A stretch of DNA of 64,000 bases from Clostridia bacterium (GTDB lineage Bacteria; Bacillota; Clostridia; UBA1212; UBA1255), in contig JAGBGO010000027.1 of assembly GCA_017935905.1 (NCBI GenBank), positions 17,289 to 81,288 of the forward strand. The letters are read 5' to 3'. The notes beneath the pieces were generated by a model. That model had not been told where the DNA came from. It was given only the letters and a program-made list of their open reading frames with translations, and made no database searches. This document shows, piece by piece, positions 1 through 8,907 of this stretch (position 1 is its first letter; every line of letters starts with the position of its first letter). A program made the translations under genes and the position numbers.

Positions 1-959
1 TTGTGGGGTACCTGCACCATGGGCACGTACAAATCGTACATGTGAAGGGTGGGCAGATTCAGGGCTTTCTTGCGGATTTCTAAATATCGGTTCAACGTGG
101 GCAAGCCATCATGGACCGTATCAATTAAATTGGTATAGACCGACGTGGGAATATTGCCTCCGGACAGTTTTGCCTCCAAGCAAGAGGGGTACTTTCGGGT
201 GCGGGCATAGAACCAATCGGTCTGCACGTTGCCGCCATAGCAAGCCGCCAGCGTATTGCGATACGTTCCGTAGGTGGCGTAAAGAGCCTTGAAGGCACGC
301 CGGCGTACGTTTCGGTCATAGCTGTGGAGGAAGCGGGTAAAACGTCCAATGGTCAACTCCGTCTTGTTCCCTTCTTCGTCTTTAATAGCGGGAAAACGCA
401 CGTCCGCATTGTCAAACATCGTAAATACGTTATCTCCCGTTTGCAAGGCATCCGCCGCTCCGGAGAGCAGCGCTTCCTCTTTGTCAGAAAGCACGTGTTC
501 TTTCTGTCTTCGTAAATCTTCCAATAAGAAACGGTACGCTTCCAGTTCCGGTGTGGCTCGGATGAAATCATCTAGTTTCTCCGCCCCGGAAAGTACTTCC
601 GGTTCAAAGAAAGACCAGGCAGTCATCAGTTTGGTGCCCAGCATTTCGCTTCTTGCTGCCAAGTTCTGGTAAAATGCATTCCCGTTGTCTTCGTCCCTTC
701 GCATGCGGGCATACACGTACACCCGCTCAAAGGCAAGGCTGAGGGCATGTTGAAATTCCAGAGCTTTGAGCAAATGCTCGCCCTTTCCCTGCATAAGTTT
801 ACCTTGGAAAGCCGGTATTTTCTTCAGGTCTTTCTCTACCTGATTAAAAGCACGCTCCCAAAGGGCATCCGTTTCAAACAGATCCTCTAATTTCCATTTA
901 TATAAATCTTCGATTTCATTTCGCTCCGGCAATGCGTTCCGGTTACTTGTGGTCGCCAC
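1..959 (-). CDS. pepF: Oligoendopeptidase F (M3B), 3' end runs off the window
   Basis: Not in the ORF track. Manual translation from GTG 959 (RBS AAGGAGG upstream): MATTSNRNALPERNEIEDLYKWKLEDLF...VYTNLIDTVHDGLPTLNRYLEIRKKALNLPTLHMYDLYVP, typical PepF. Confidence 0.9.
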   Translation of the reverse strand, partial: MATTSNRNALPERNEIEDLYKWKLEDLFETDALWERAFNQVEKDLKKIPAFQGKLMQGKGEHLLKALEFQHALSLAFERVYVYARMRRDEDNGNAFYQNLAARSEMLGTKLMTAWSFFEPEVLSGAEKLDDFIRATPELEAYRFLLEDLRRQKEHVLSDKEEALLSGAADALQTGDNVFTMFDNADVRFPAIKDEEGNKTELTIGRFTRFLHSYDRNVRRRAFKALYATYGTYRNTLAACYGGNVQTDWFYARTRKYPSCLEAKLSGGNIPTSVYTNLIDTVHDGLPTLNRYLEIRKKALNLPTLHMYDLYVPMVQVPH

Positions 960-1069
960 AGGCAATCGCCTCCTTATGCTATTGTAAACAAAATGGGAAG
1001 GAAATACAAGTCTTCAAATTGCAAAACCTCCCCTTTTCGTGTTATACTGAAATAAAGGAGGCTTTTCCT

Positions 1070-1801
1070 ATGCCCTATGTGATTATTACCGGCGCGTCCC
1101 GGGGAATCGGTGCCGCCACTGCAAAAGTTTTTGCGCAAAAAGGTTATGATATTGTACTCAATTATTGCCACTCCCAACAAAAAGCGGAGGATTTGGCAGC
1201 ATTTTTACGAAAAGAATACCACGTACAAGTACTGCCCATGCAGGCGGACGTGTCCAATCCCAAAGAAGCAGAAACTTTTATTCGTTCCGCTATGGTGGTG
1301 TGGGGCACCCCTTCGGTACTGGTCAACAACGCCGGGATTGCCCAACAAAAACTTTTCACCGACATTACGTGGGAAGAATACCAAACCATGATGAATACCA
1401 ATGCAGGCGGCGTATTCTCCTGCTGCAAAGCGGTGCTGCCCGCTATGATTCACGTAAAGAAAGGCGCCATTGTAAACGTTTCTTCCATGTGGGGCGTATC
1501 CGGCGCTTCGTGCGAAGTGCATTACAGCGCTTCTAAAGCGGCGGTGATCGGACTTACCAAAGCCCTTGCCAAAGAAGTCGGCCCTTCCGGCATTACCGTA
1601 AACTGTGTAGCCCCCGGTGTGATTGATACGGATATGAACGGGATCCTCTCCCAAGAAACGTTAAACGGCCTTGCAGAGGAAACTCCGCTCAGCCGTTTAG
1701 GTACACCGGAAGATATTGCCCGGGCAATTTATTTCTTGGCATCCGCCGATGCCGCTTTCATTACAGGTCAGGTATTAACCGTGGACGGAGGCATCCTTTA
1801 A
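1070..1801 (+). CDS. SDR oxidoreductase, FabG/YmfI (EF-P 5-aminopentanone reductase)-like
   Basis: TGASRGIG, NNAG and YSASK motifs; SSMWGVSGASCEVHYS segment resembles the YmfI subfamily; RBS AAAGGAGG precedes ATG 1070. Confidence 0.85.
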   Translation: MPYVIITGASRGIGAATAKVFAQKGYDIVLNYCHSQQKAEDLAAFLRKEYHVQVLPMQADVSNPKEAETFIRSAMVVWGTPSVLVNNAGIAQQKLFTDITWEEYQTMMNTNAGGVFSCCKAVLPAMIHVKKGAIVNVSSMWGVSGASCEVHYSASKAAVIGLTKALAKEVGPSGITVNCVAPGVIDTDMNGILSQETLNGLAEETPLSRLGTPEDIARAIYFLASADAAFITGQVLTVDGGIL

Positions 1802-2281
1802 TTCCTCCATCTTGGCAGCCACAATGCCTGCCGCTTCATAAACCAACTCACTGCAAGGGCGCTTCTTATAGAATTGAGGCGTCCTTTCTGATACGTTGGC
1901 AGGGACCACGTCTTTTGCTGCTTCCGAATTCTCGGATAAAGCCAACAACTCTCTGCAAACAATACTGCCGTTCATTTGACGGAAATCCTCACAGACGGCT
2001 TGCACGTGGGCGTAATTCTCCATTTTACCCGCCTTGTCGGAAGGGTCCGAAGAACCGCTGAACAGCCCCAAAGTAAGGGCCATGCCGGAAACCGCGCCGC
2101 ACACTTCCCGAAGCCGTCCTAAGCCGCCGCCAAAAGAGGCAGAAAGACGAAGGGCTGTATCCAAGTCCATCCCGAAATCTTCTGCGAATGCGCCAAACAC
2201 CGCTTGGCAGCAGTTGAGACCGCTTTCAAACAGTGCTTTCGCCTTCACCTTTTTTGCTTCAATATAAGCCGTATCCATCAT
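1775..2281 (-). CDS. C-GCAxxG-C-C family putative redox protein
   Basis: NCCQAV, FGGG, EVCGAVSG, SIVCRELL and RPC motifs. Confidence 0.85.
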   Translation of the reverse strand: MMDTAYIEAKKVKAKALFESGLNCCQAVFGAFAEDFGMDLDTALRLSASFGGGLGRLREVCGAVSGMALTLGLFSGSSDPSDKAGKMENYAHVQAVCEDFRQMNGSIVCRELLALSENSEAAKDVVPANVSERTPQFYKKRPCSELVYEAAGIVAAKMEELKDASVHG

Positions 2282-3102
2282 AACTTCTCAATCTTGTCCA
2301 TCATATTGGTGAGCCAGTCCCCTTCAAAGAGTTCAATGAGACCCTTGTCGCAGGCGCCTGCCAATTTGGAGTCCATAGGCAATCTGGAAATCTCGGAAAT
2401 ACCGTACTGAGCGGCTACTTCTTCTAAATGGCTCTCGCCGAATACAGCAATCTTCTTGCCGCAGTCGGGGCAAGTTACGTAGCTCATATTCTCCACAATG
2501 CCCAAAATGGGGATATTCATCATCTGCGCCATCTTAACGGCTTTGCCCACGATCATGGAAACCAACTCTTGAGGGCTGGTAACGATAATGATGCCGTCTA
2601 CCGGCAAGGACTGGAAAACGGTCAAGGGCACGTCGCCGGTTCCGGGAGGCATATCCACAAACATATAGTCTACGTCGGACCAAATCACGTCAGTCCAGAA
2701 CTGCTTCACCGTACCTGCAATAACGGGACCTCTCCATACAACAGGATCGGTTTCGTCTTCCAATAAAAGGTTAATGGACATTACGTCAATGCCGGTCTTG
2801 GTCTTCACCGGGAAGATTCCCGCATCGCTGCCCGTGGCTTTCTCTGTAAGGCCGAATGCCTTGGGAATAGACGGGCCCGTAATATCCGCGTCTAAAATGG
2901 CGGTCTTGTAACCGGCTCTTTGTGCCGATACGGCCAGCAAAGAGGTTACCATAGATTTACCTACGCCGCCTTTACCGGATACAACACCGATGACTTTCTT
3001 AATTTTGCTGAGTTCGTTGGGTTTCTCTTGGAAGTCCTGAGGACTCTTCCGCTCGCCGCAATTCTGGGAGCAAGAGGAACAATCGTGATTACATTCACCC
3101 AC
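2278..3102 (-). CDS. Mrp/NBP35 (ApbC-like) Fe-S cluster carrier ATPase
   Basis: Cys-rich N-terminus, SGKGGVGKS, DADITGPS, DMPPGTGD and ENMSxxxCPDC motifs. Confidence 0.92.
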   Translation of the reverse strand: MGECNHDCSSCSQNCGERKSPQDFQEKPNELSKIKKVIGVVSGKGGVGKSMVTSLLAVSAQRAGYKTAILDADITGPSIPKAFGLTEKATGSDAGIFPVKTKTGIDVMSINLLLEDETDPVVWRGPVIAGTVKQFWTDVIWSDVDYMFVDMPPGTGDVPLTVFQSLPVDGIIIVTSPQELVSMIVGKAVKMAQMMNIPILGIVENMSYVTCPDCGKKIAVFGESHLEEVAAQYGISEISRLPMDSKLAGACDKGLIELFEGDWLTNMMDKIEKL

Positions 3103-3249
3103 GCTGAAACATCTCCTTTTGGTAAAATGGTGCGTTCAATGCGCACGTTGTTATCTTACACCATTTTACCCAAAAAAGAAACCCTTTTGAAATTAAGGCT
3201 TTTTTGTGTTATTTATGACTAATTTTCGACAAATTTGTATTATATAATA

Positions 3250-3392
3250 ACTTTTAATTGGGGACGGCGACTCTTCCGAATACTTTTGTTCTTTTTCCCG
3301 ACGCACAAGACGATGCAACGATGTTGGTGTGTTCGGAAGAACCGCACTATTATAAGTTCAGGATGCATATCAGGTATGCATCTTGTTTTTTT
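3250..3392 (+). ncRNA. Candidate small RNA or attenuator leader (unassigned family)
   Basis: Promoter-like ATGACT-N17-TATTAT (3215-3243), 12-bp stem 3272-3283/3329-3340 with one G-U pair, then a terminator hairpin with T7. Confidence 0.35.
3359..3392 (+). terminator. Rho-independent terminator upstream of the aquaporin gene
   Basis: CAGGATGCATAT-cag-GTATGCATCTTG followed by TTTTTTT. Confidence 0.7.
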
Positions 3393-3438
3393 GAGCGGTG
3401 TCATGCTATAATAAAAGAAAAAAACAGGAGGTTTTTGT

Positions 3439-4107
3439 ATGAACTCGATTCGAAAGTATCTTGCAGAATTTATCGGCACGTTGGTACTGGTTTTGTTTGC
3501 CTGCGGCACGGCAGCCGTTGTGGGTTGCTCCGCGGAGAACGGCACCGGCTACTTGCTCACCGCCTTGGCATTCGGTTTAGTGATCGTGGCCATGGCGTAT
3601 TCCATCGGCAACGTTTCCGGCTGTCATATTAATCCCGCCGTTTCTATCGCGATGTTGGTCAGCGGAAAGATGTCCTGGAAGGATTTCATCGGCTATTTGG
3701 TTGCACAGTTTGCAGGTGCCATTGCCGGCGCTGCTTTGCTGATGGCCTTTGTGGGCAAAGAGTCCGGTTTGGGTGCCAACGGCTTGTACAAAGACAATAT
3801 TTGGTTGTCTTTGCTCATCGAAGTGATTTTGACCTTCGTATTCGTGTTGGCAATTTTGGGTGTTACTTCTAAAGAAAGCAACGGCAGCGTTGCCGGCATT
3901 GTGATCGGCTTGTCCTTGACTTTGGTGCACATTTTGGGCATCTCTTTTACCGGCACTTCCGTAAACCCGGCCAGAAGTTTTGGTCCGGCCTTGTTTGTAG
4001 GCGGCGACGCTTTGGCAAACGTTTGGGTATTCTTGGTTGCCCCCTTGGTAGGCGGCGTGTTGGCGGCTTTGGTGTATAAATTCTTAGCCGGCAAGAAAGC
4101 GGAGTAA
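3439..4107 (+). CDS. aqpZ: MIP-family aquaporin (AqpZ-like)
   Basis: SGCHINPAVS and GTSVNPARSFGPA NPA boxes, six hydrophobic segments, RBS AGGAGG, extended -10 TGCTATAAT at 3404-3412. Confidence 0.92.
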   Translation: MNSIRKYLAEFIGTLVLVLFACGTAAVVGCSAENGTGYLLTALAFGLVIVAMAYSIGNVSGCHINPAVSIAMLVSGKMSWKDFIGYLVAQFAGAIAGAALLMAFVGKESGLGANGLYKDNIWLSLLIEVILTFVFVLAILGVTSKESNGSVAGIVIGLSLTLVHILGISFTGTSVNPARSFGPALFVGGDALANVWVFLVAPLVGGVLAALVYKFLAGKKAE

Positions 4108-4134
4108 ACTTTTATTGCAATTTCAAACGGCAGT

Positions 4135-4180
4135 GGCTCTAAATCTCAAAAAATTGGGATTTAGAGCCTCTTGTTATTTT
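4135..4180 (+). terminator. Terminator-like hairpin after the aquaporin gene
   Basis: GGCTCTAAATCTCAA/TTGGGATTTAGAGCC stem with a T-rich tail. Confidence 0.6.
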
Positions 4181-4237
4181 ACGAAAAATGTGATACACTA
4201 TAGCCATAAGAAAAACTACACACGAGGAGGAATGGTT

Positions 4238-4777
4238 ATGCTGGTGAAGTTTAACATGAAGGATTCCCAGATTCCCGAGAAGACGATGGAACAAATGGAG
4301 AAGAAACTCCAAGCGCGGTTTCACCGTTATTTTGCCGATGAGCCCGAGAACAAAACGACGGTGCTTACGAAGATTGCCGATCAGAAACACGGTTTCAAGG
4401 CAGAATTGACACTTTCGTATCAAGGCTATTTGCTTCGGGCAGAGACCTCCGATGACAAGGCGGCTACCGCCGCACTGGATAAGGCCATTGACATTTTGGA
4501 ACGCCAGTTGGTGAAATGCAAGAATAAATTGGCGCAGGTTCGTCATCAGCCGATTCCGGAAGTGCCGGACGCTCCGGCGATCGAGGAAGAGCCGGCAGAG
4601 TATCCGGTTGTGCGGGTGAAACGTTTAGAGGTCAAACCCATGAACGTCCAAGAAGCCATTTTGAATATGAATATGTTGGGACACGATTTCTATATGTTTG
4701 AAAATGGCGATTCCGGCAAGATTGCCACCGTTTACAAGCGGGCGGACGGCGCGTACGGATTAATTGAAGTGGAATAA
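4238..4777 (+). CDS. hpf: Ribosome hibernation promoting factor (long HPF/RaiA)
   Basis: LRAE...ALDKAIDILERQ N-domain; VRVKRLEVKPMNVQEAILNMNMLGHDFYMF...VYKRADGAYGLIE C-domain; RBS GAGGAGG. Confidence 0.88.
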   Translation: MLVKFNMKDSQIPEKTMEQMEKKLQARFHRYFADEPENKTTVLTKIADQKHGFKAELTLSYQGYLLRAETSDDKAATAALDKAIDILERQLVKCKNKLAQVRHQPIPEVPDAPAIEEEPAEYPVVRVKRLEVKPMNVQEAILNMNMLGHDFYMFENGDSGKIATVYKRADGAYGLIEVE

Positions 4778-4889
4778 TTAAATAACAAGGCCGCCTCTAT
4801 GCGTTGTACGTTTGGGGTCAGCGCCCGGTTTGTCGCCACGCAAGCTACCATCAAGGATATGAAATAAGTCATAACCGAATAAACAATTT

Positions 4890-5190
4890 AGGGGCTGCCA
4901 AAAAACAGTCTAAAAAATCCGAGGTTCACGGTAATCCGTGAGTCTCGGATAATTTTTTCATCAAAAATCATTATTTAAGAAGAAATTTCAAAAGAGTTCT
5001 GTTTTTAGTGTATAAAGAAAAGGCCGTCCGTTTTTCGGTCGGTTAATATTTTTAATAACTTTTTTAGTTTTTAAGCCGCAAGAAATCATTGAAATCTCTA
5101 AAATTACATTTTTTAGACCTCTTCCGCGCACTCTTGAATATGCCTTGTTCCACTCAATTGTCCCAAACGCTCCTTCTGCTTGAATGCTTC
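4890..5190 (-). mobile_element. IS1182-family remnant: transposase C-terminal fragment plus putative end
   Basis: Minus strand ~5188-5070 reads SIQAEGAFGTIEWNKAYSRVRGRGLKNVILEISMISCG, like the IS1182 DDE C-terminus; putative end GGGGCTG...AAAACAGTC with a hairpin at 4890-4958. Confidence 0.7.
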
Positions 5191-5361
5191 ACACCGGGAC
5201 CGTAAATGTGGGCTTCATCCATATGAACCGCAGGAATGCCAAAGCTCCCTACTGGGTGTGCTGTATCTATATGACCCGATAGGGTTATAGGCTGTTTTTT
5301 GCATCGGGTTTCATTGTAACAGACACAATATTACATCAAAAAGATTACGGTAATCGCTCAT
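5191..5361 (-). pseudogene. M20-family peptidase/deacylase fragment
   Basis: ATG 5361 with RBS (MSDYRNLFDVI), then after an apparent deletion and frameshift QPITLSGHIDTAHPVGSFGIPAVHMDEAHIYGPGV (M20 GHxDT...YGPG motif); cut off at the IS1182 relic. Confidence 0.65.
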
Positions 5362-5363
5362 TG

Positions 5364-6837
5364 TTACACATCCTCTTCAAAGGCTTTTATCTGCTCAACA
5401 TAGCTTCTGGCAATATTTTCAATAGCGGTAAAATCGTTTGCCTCTACCAACTGTTTGTTTGCTATATTTGAGCCAATTCCAACGCCGCAAGCGCCTGCAT
5501 TTAGGAATTCATATATATTATTGATATTTACACCGCCAACTGCGAGAAATCTGATATGCGCAAGGGGTGCTTTGACATCTTTTATATATTTTGCCCCCAT
5601 ATAACTAACGGGAAACAGCTTTACAAAATCCGCACCCGCATTATGAGCGACAACTGCTTCGGTGGGGGTTAAGGCTCCGGGAATGGATACCAAGCCTGAT
5701 TTTTTTTGTTTTGGCTATAACCGCCGGATTTGTGTCAGGAGAAATAATAAATTTCCCGCCTGCGTTTTTTGTAAGCTCCACCTGTTTTTCGGTAAGAACT
5801 GTGCCTGCGCCGATTACCATTCTGCCTTCAAAATGTTCTGCGAGTATTTTAATAGTAGATGCTATCTCTTCATCAGGGGTATTACCGGTTGCATCGTATG
5901 TACATTCAAGTAGTCTTATTCCTCCCTTGTATGCCGCTTCGGCAAAGGGTAATATTTTATTATTACTCATGCCCCTTACAATAACGATGATTTTTTCTTT
6001 TATTACTGTATCAATTGTGGTTTGCATCGCATTTTCCTCCGCAATGATCAAATTAAGGTGTTTTATCCGTCCATCTAAAAACTCCTGCCATTCGTAGGGG
6101 CTGTAAAAAGCATTTTTTTCGCCCCGCGCAACCCGTTTTAATTTTTCTTCGGTATTATTATTTCCTATATGATTGCCAAGGAAGATTTCAACTTTTTGTT
6201 TTTTTGCACGGTTAATTCCCTCGACATACTTTTCTCTGTTTGAAAAAGAAAGCCCCTTCTTTTTTAAAAAATCCGCTGTCAGTGTATTTGTACCTACACC
6301 GCCGTGCATACCCGCCGTATATGTGTTTTCTCCATCTGTAGCAGAAAAGAAAAAAGACATAGTACCATCGGTATGACCGGGTGTGGAAAGACATAAAACA
6401 GTCGTGTTGCCAAGTGTGACCTTGTCCCCATCCTCAAGCAAAACATCAGGAGTGAAAAAATCTGTGTATTGCACACCAAAAAGCTCAGCTAAAGAGGTGT
6501 TTTCTTCACCATTTACCATTTTCAAATCGGCTTTTCCAATATAGGTTTTTGCGCCTGTAAGTTTCGATAATTTTAAGGTGGCACCCGCGTGGTCATAGTG
6601 ACCGTGGGATATAAGTATAATTTTTATATCCTTTGGGCTGAAACCAAGTTCTTTAATATTATCCAAAACTATCCCCAATGTTTCGGGCATACCCGGATCA
6701 ATTAGTATAAGTCCGTTTTGGGTATCGATAATGTGTGTAGAAGCAGGGCGGGTGCCTACAAAATATATATTGCGGAAAACCCTTCCGGGCTCAATAAATC
6801 CGTCATACAGTTGTTTATTAATTATTTCAGTTGCCAT
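5364..6837 (-). pseudogene. Metallo-beta-lactamase-fold hydrolase fused in frame to KDPG/KHG aldolase; aldolase part frameshifted at 5700-5707
   Basis: SHGHYDHAG, TPGHTDG and FLGNH motifs (B3-like MBL fold); then IIVIVRG, IGAGTVLT, FIISP; ORF 5364-5693 continues SIPGALTPTE...VKLFP...AVGGVN. Removing one A from the A8 run restores the frame. Confidence 0.8.
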
Positions 6838-7913
6838 AAATAATCTAGTCCTTCTTGTAGTTTTTTCAACTCTTCGGGGTTGTTTTCATCTATTGCACTG
6901 CCGGATTTTAGCTTTTCAAAATACAGCTTTTTAGCAGTATCGTTAGCCGGAATGCCAACATCTTCAATGCAACAGGGCATATTATATCTTTTCATAAGCG
7001 ATAACAAGAAATCATTATTTTCCGGCTCGCCATTGAAAAAGTTTTGTAACAATAGTCCTACGCCCACAATTTCCCCATGAAGATATTGGCAGCTTTTTTC
7101 AAAGAACATTGCCCGTGTGCCCTCGTAAAACTTATGTGCCAGAGCCGTTTGATTTGAACCCCTTGCAATTCCGCTTATAACACCGGTTACGGCAATGATG
7201 TTAAAGATTATCTGCTCAACTGTATTGGTAATGTTACCTGCGCGAATATCATCAATACATTTTTCGGCATCCTCAACTAATTTTTTAAAGCTTTTTACAG
7301 AAATTGTATATGCCCAGTCCAGCCCCAACGGATACTCGGTACATTCTTCGTTAAAGCGTTGTTTTATCTCTATAAACTTAGCAAGGGAATCAAATATTCC
7401 GGAAATTAAAAGTCTGTTGGGCTGTGTGGCGATAATTTTGCTATCTGCAATCACTGCATTCACTTCATACCCGTAATGCAGACTTCCCACTGTGCGACCG
7501 TCAGGGGTATAGCGAACACTTAACGGAGTGTATGCTGCGCAGGTAGCTGAGGAGGTTGGCACATTTATTACCGGCAGCTTTGCGTAATATCCAATAAGCT
7601 TTGAAAAATCCATTATAACTCCACCACCAACACCGACTATAACGTCAAGACCCTTGTTTTGGGCAAGTGTTGCCAGCCGTTGGGCATCTTCCTCATTACA
7701 ACTTCTACGGTGCTCTATTATTTCATATTTATCGCAAGCAGCACCTAAACTGCCTTCTATTGCATTTTTGGTGATTGAAAGGGCTGTTTTCCCACCCACA
7801 ACAATAGGGGCGGTTCCCAACCTTTTGACCTCTTCGCCCAGCGCTGATATGATTCCATTCTCCTGCAAATATCTTCCGCAGCCTATTCTGAAAGATTTTT
7901 CCTTAATCGGCAT
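6822..7913 (-). CDS. Iron-containing alcohol dehydrogenase, glycerol dehydrogenase-like
   Basis: IVGVGGGVIMDFSK, NVPTSSATCAAYTPLSVRY, ALAH and YLHGEIV motifs. Confidence 0.85.
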   Translation of the reverse strand: MPIKEKSFRIGCGRYLQENGIISALGEEVKRLGTAPIVVGGKTALSITKNAIEGSLGAACDKYEIIEHRRSCNEEDAQRLATLAQNKGLDVIVGVGGGVIMDFSKLIGYYAKLPVINVPTSSATCAAYTPLSVRYTPDGRTVGSLHYGYEVNAVIADSKIIATQPNRLLISGIFDSLAKFIEIKQRFNEECTEYPLGLDWAYTISVKSFKKLVEDAEKCIDDIRAGNITNTVEQIIFNIIAVTGVISGIARGSNQTALAHKFYEGTRAMFFEKSCQYLHGEIVGVGLLLQNFFNGEPENNDFLLSLMKRYNMPCCIEDVGIPANDTAKKLYFEKLKSGSAIDENNPEELKKLQEGLDYLWQLK

Positions 7914-8026
7914 AAAATACTCCTTTCCAGTTTACGTATTTTAATTTTAGTGTTATAATTGCACCAAATCAATCAATAAAATTGCGAAAAACTTTAGAAA
8001 TATTGCGGTAAATGTGAGGTGAAGGT

Positions 8027-8863
8027 ATGATTTACAGCGCTTATGCAGAACAAAATGAGCAGGTGTTAGGTTTCAAGCTTGTAAGCTGCGGACACATTTT
8101 TGCTAAGCACGGAAGGGAAATTAACCGTCCTTATGGCAGAGAGGACTGGTTGTTGTTTTATGTTGTCAAAGAAAGCGAAACCTTTTATTTAAAGAATACA
8201 GTTATTGCTTCCGCCGGCGCATTCATACTTTTTGCTCCCGGTGAAAAACAGCACCATATTTACGAGGGCAATAAAACGGCGGAATTTTATTACATTCACT
8301 TTAAATGTAAAGAGCTCCCATCTGATATCTCTCTTTTGACTTCAACGGTTTATAACGCACCTTTTAATCGTCAGATATGTGATCTGTTTGATGATATTAT
8401 TGAAAAGACCTTGTGTAAGCAACTCTTTTATGAAAGGCTTTGCATTTATAAAATGCTGTATCTTTTAACCTTGCTCGAGCGTAATGTTTTGTATGAGAAC
8501 CGCCAAAATAAAGAAAACTTCGAGCGTATTGCCTATGTAGTTCAACATATGAATCAGCATTACGATAGCAATTTAAACTTAGAGGATTATGCCAATATGT
8601 GTACAATGAGCAAATATCATTTTATTAAGGTGTTTGAAAGCATAGTTGGCTGCACACCCATTGAATACCGTAACAATATACGTCTGCAGCATGCCGCAGA
8701 CCTGCTTTCGGAAGAAAAGCTTACGGTTGAAAAAATAAGCAATATATTGGGTTACACCTCTGCGGCCTATTTCAGCTCGGCATTTAAACAAAAATACGGT
8801 CTTTCACCCAAACAGTATCAAAAGCAACCGTTTAGTGTTGGCTTCAAAAAAGGGGCTGTATAA
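8027..8863 (+). CDS. AraC-family transcriptional regulator
   Basis: N-terminal cupin-like domain; C-terminal HTH with LGYTSAAYFSSAFKQKYGLSPKQY; RBS GAGGTG. Confidence 0.92.
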   Translation: MIYSAYAEQNEQVLGFKLVSCGHIFAKHGREINRPYGREDWLLFYVVKESETFYLKNTVIASAGAFILFAPGEKQHHIYEGNKTAEFYYIHFKCKELPSDISLLTSTVYNAPFNRQICDLFDDIIEKTLCKQLFYERLCIYKMLYLLTLLERNVLYENRQNKENFERIAYVVQHMNQHYDSNLNLEDYANMCTMSKYHFIKVFESIVGCTPIEYRNNIRLQHAADLLSEEKLTVEKISNILGYTSAAYFSSAFKQKYGLSPKQYQKQPFSVGFKKGAV

Positions 8864-8899
8864 AACAGTCTAAAAATCCGTGGGTCTCGGATAATTTTT
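8851..8899. repeat. Second, internally deleted copy of the IS1182-type end seen at 4890-4958
   Basis: AGGGGCTGTATAAAACAGTCTAAAAATCCGTGGGTCTCGGATAATTTTT aligns with AGGGGCTGCCAAAAAACAGTCTAAAAAATCC...CCGTGAGTCTCGGATAATTTTT. Confidence 0.75.
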
Positions 8900-8907
8900 A
8901 TGTAACG

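Noticed and set aside
932-1069. N-terminal extension of the SDR ORF, and similar extensions at 4115, 9195, 18946, 29736, 39032, 43209, 47212, 53240 and 59142
   Set aside because: These overlap neighbouring genes or promoters; better RBS-supported starts lie downstream.
3240-3632. ORFs 3240-3545 (-) and 3258-3632 (+)
   Set aside because: They overlap the aquaporin gene and a terminator, with no RBS or protein-like features.
5641-6837. Calling this a carbapenemase or antibiotic-resistance gene
   Set aside because: B3-like motifs are present but there is no signal peptide and the context is catabolic; beta-lactamase activity cannot be inferred from sequence alone.
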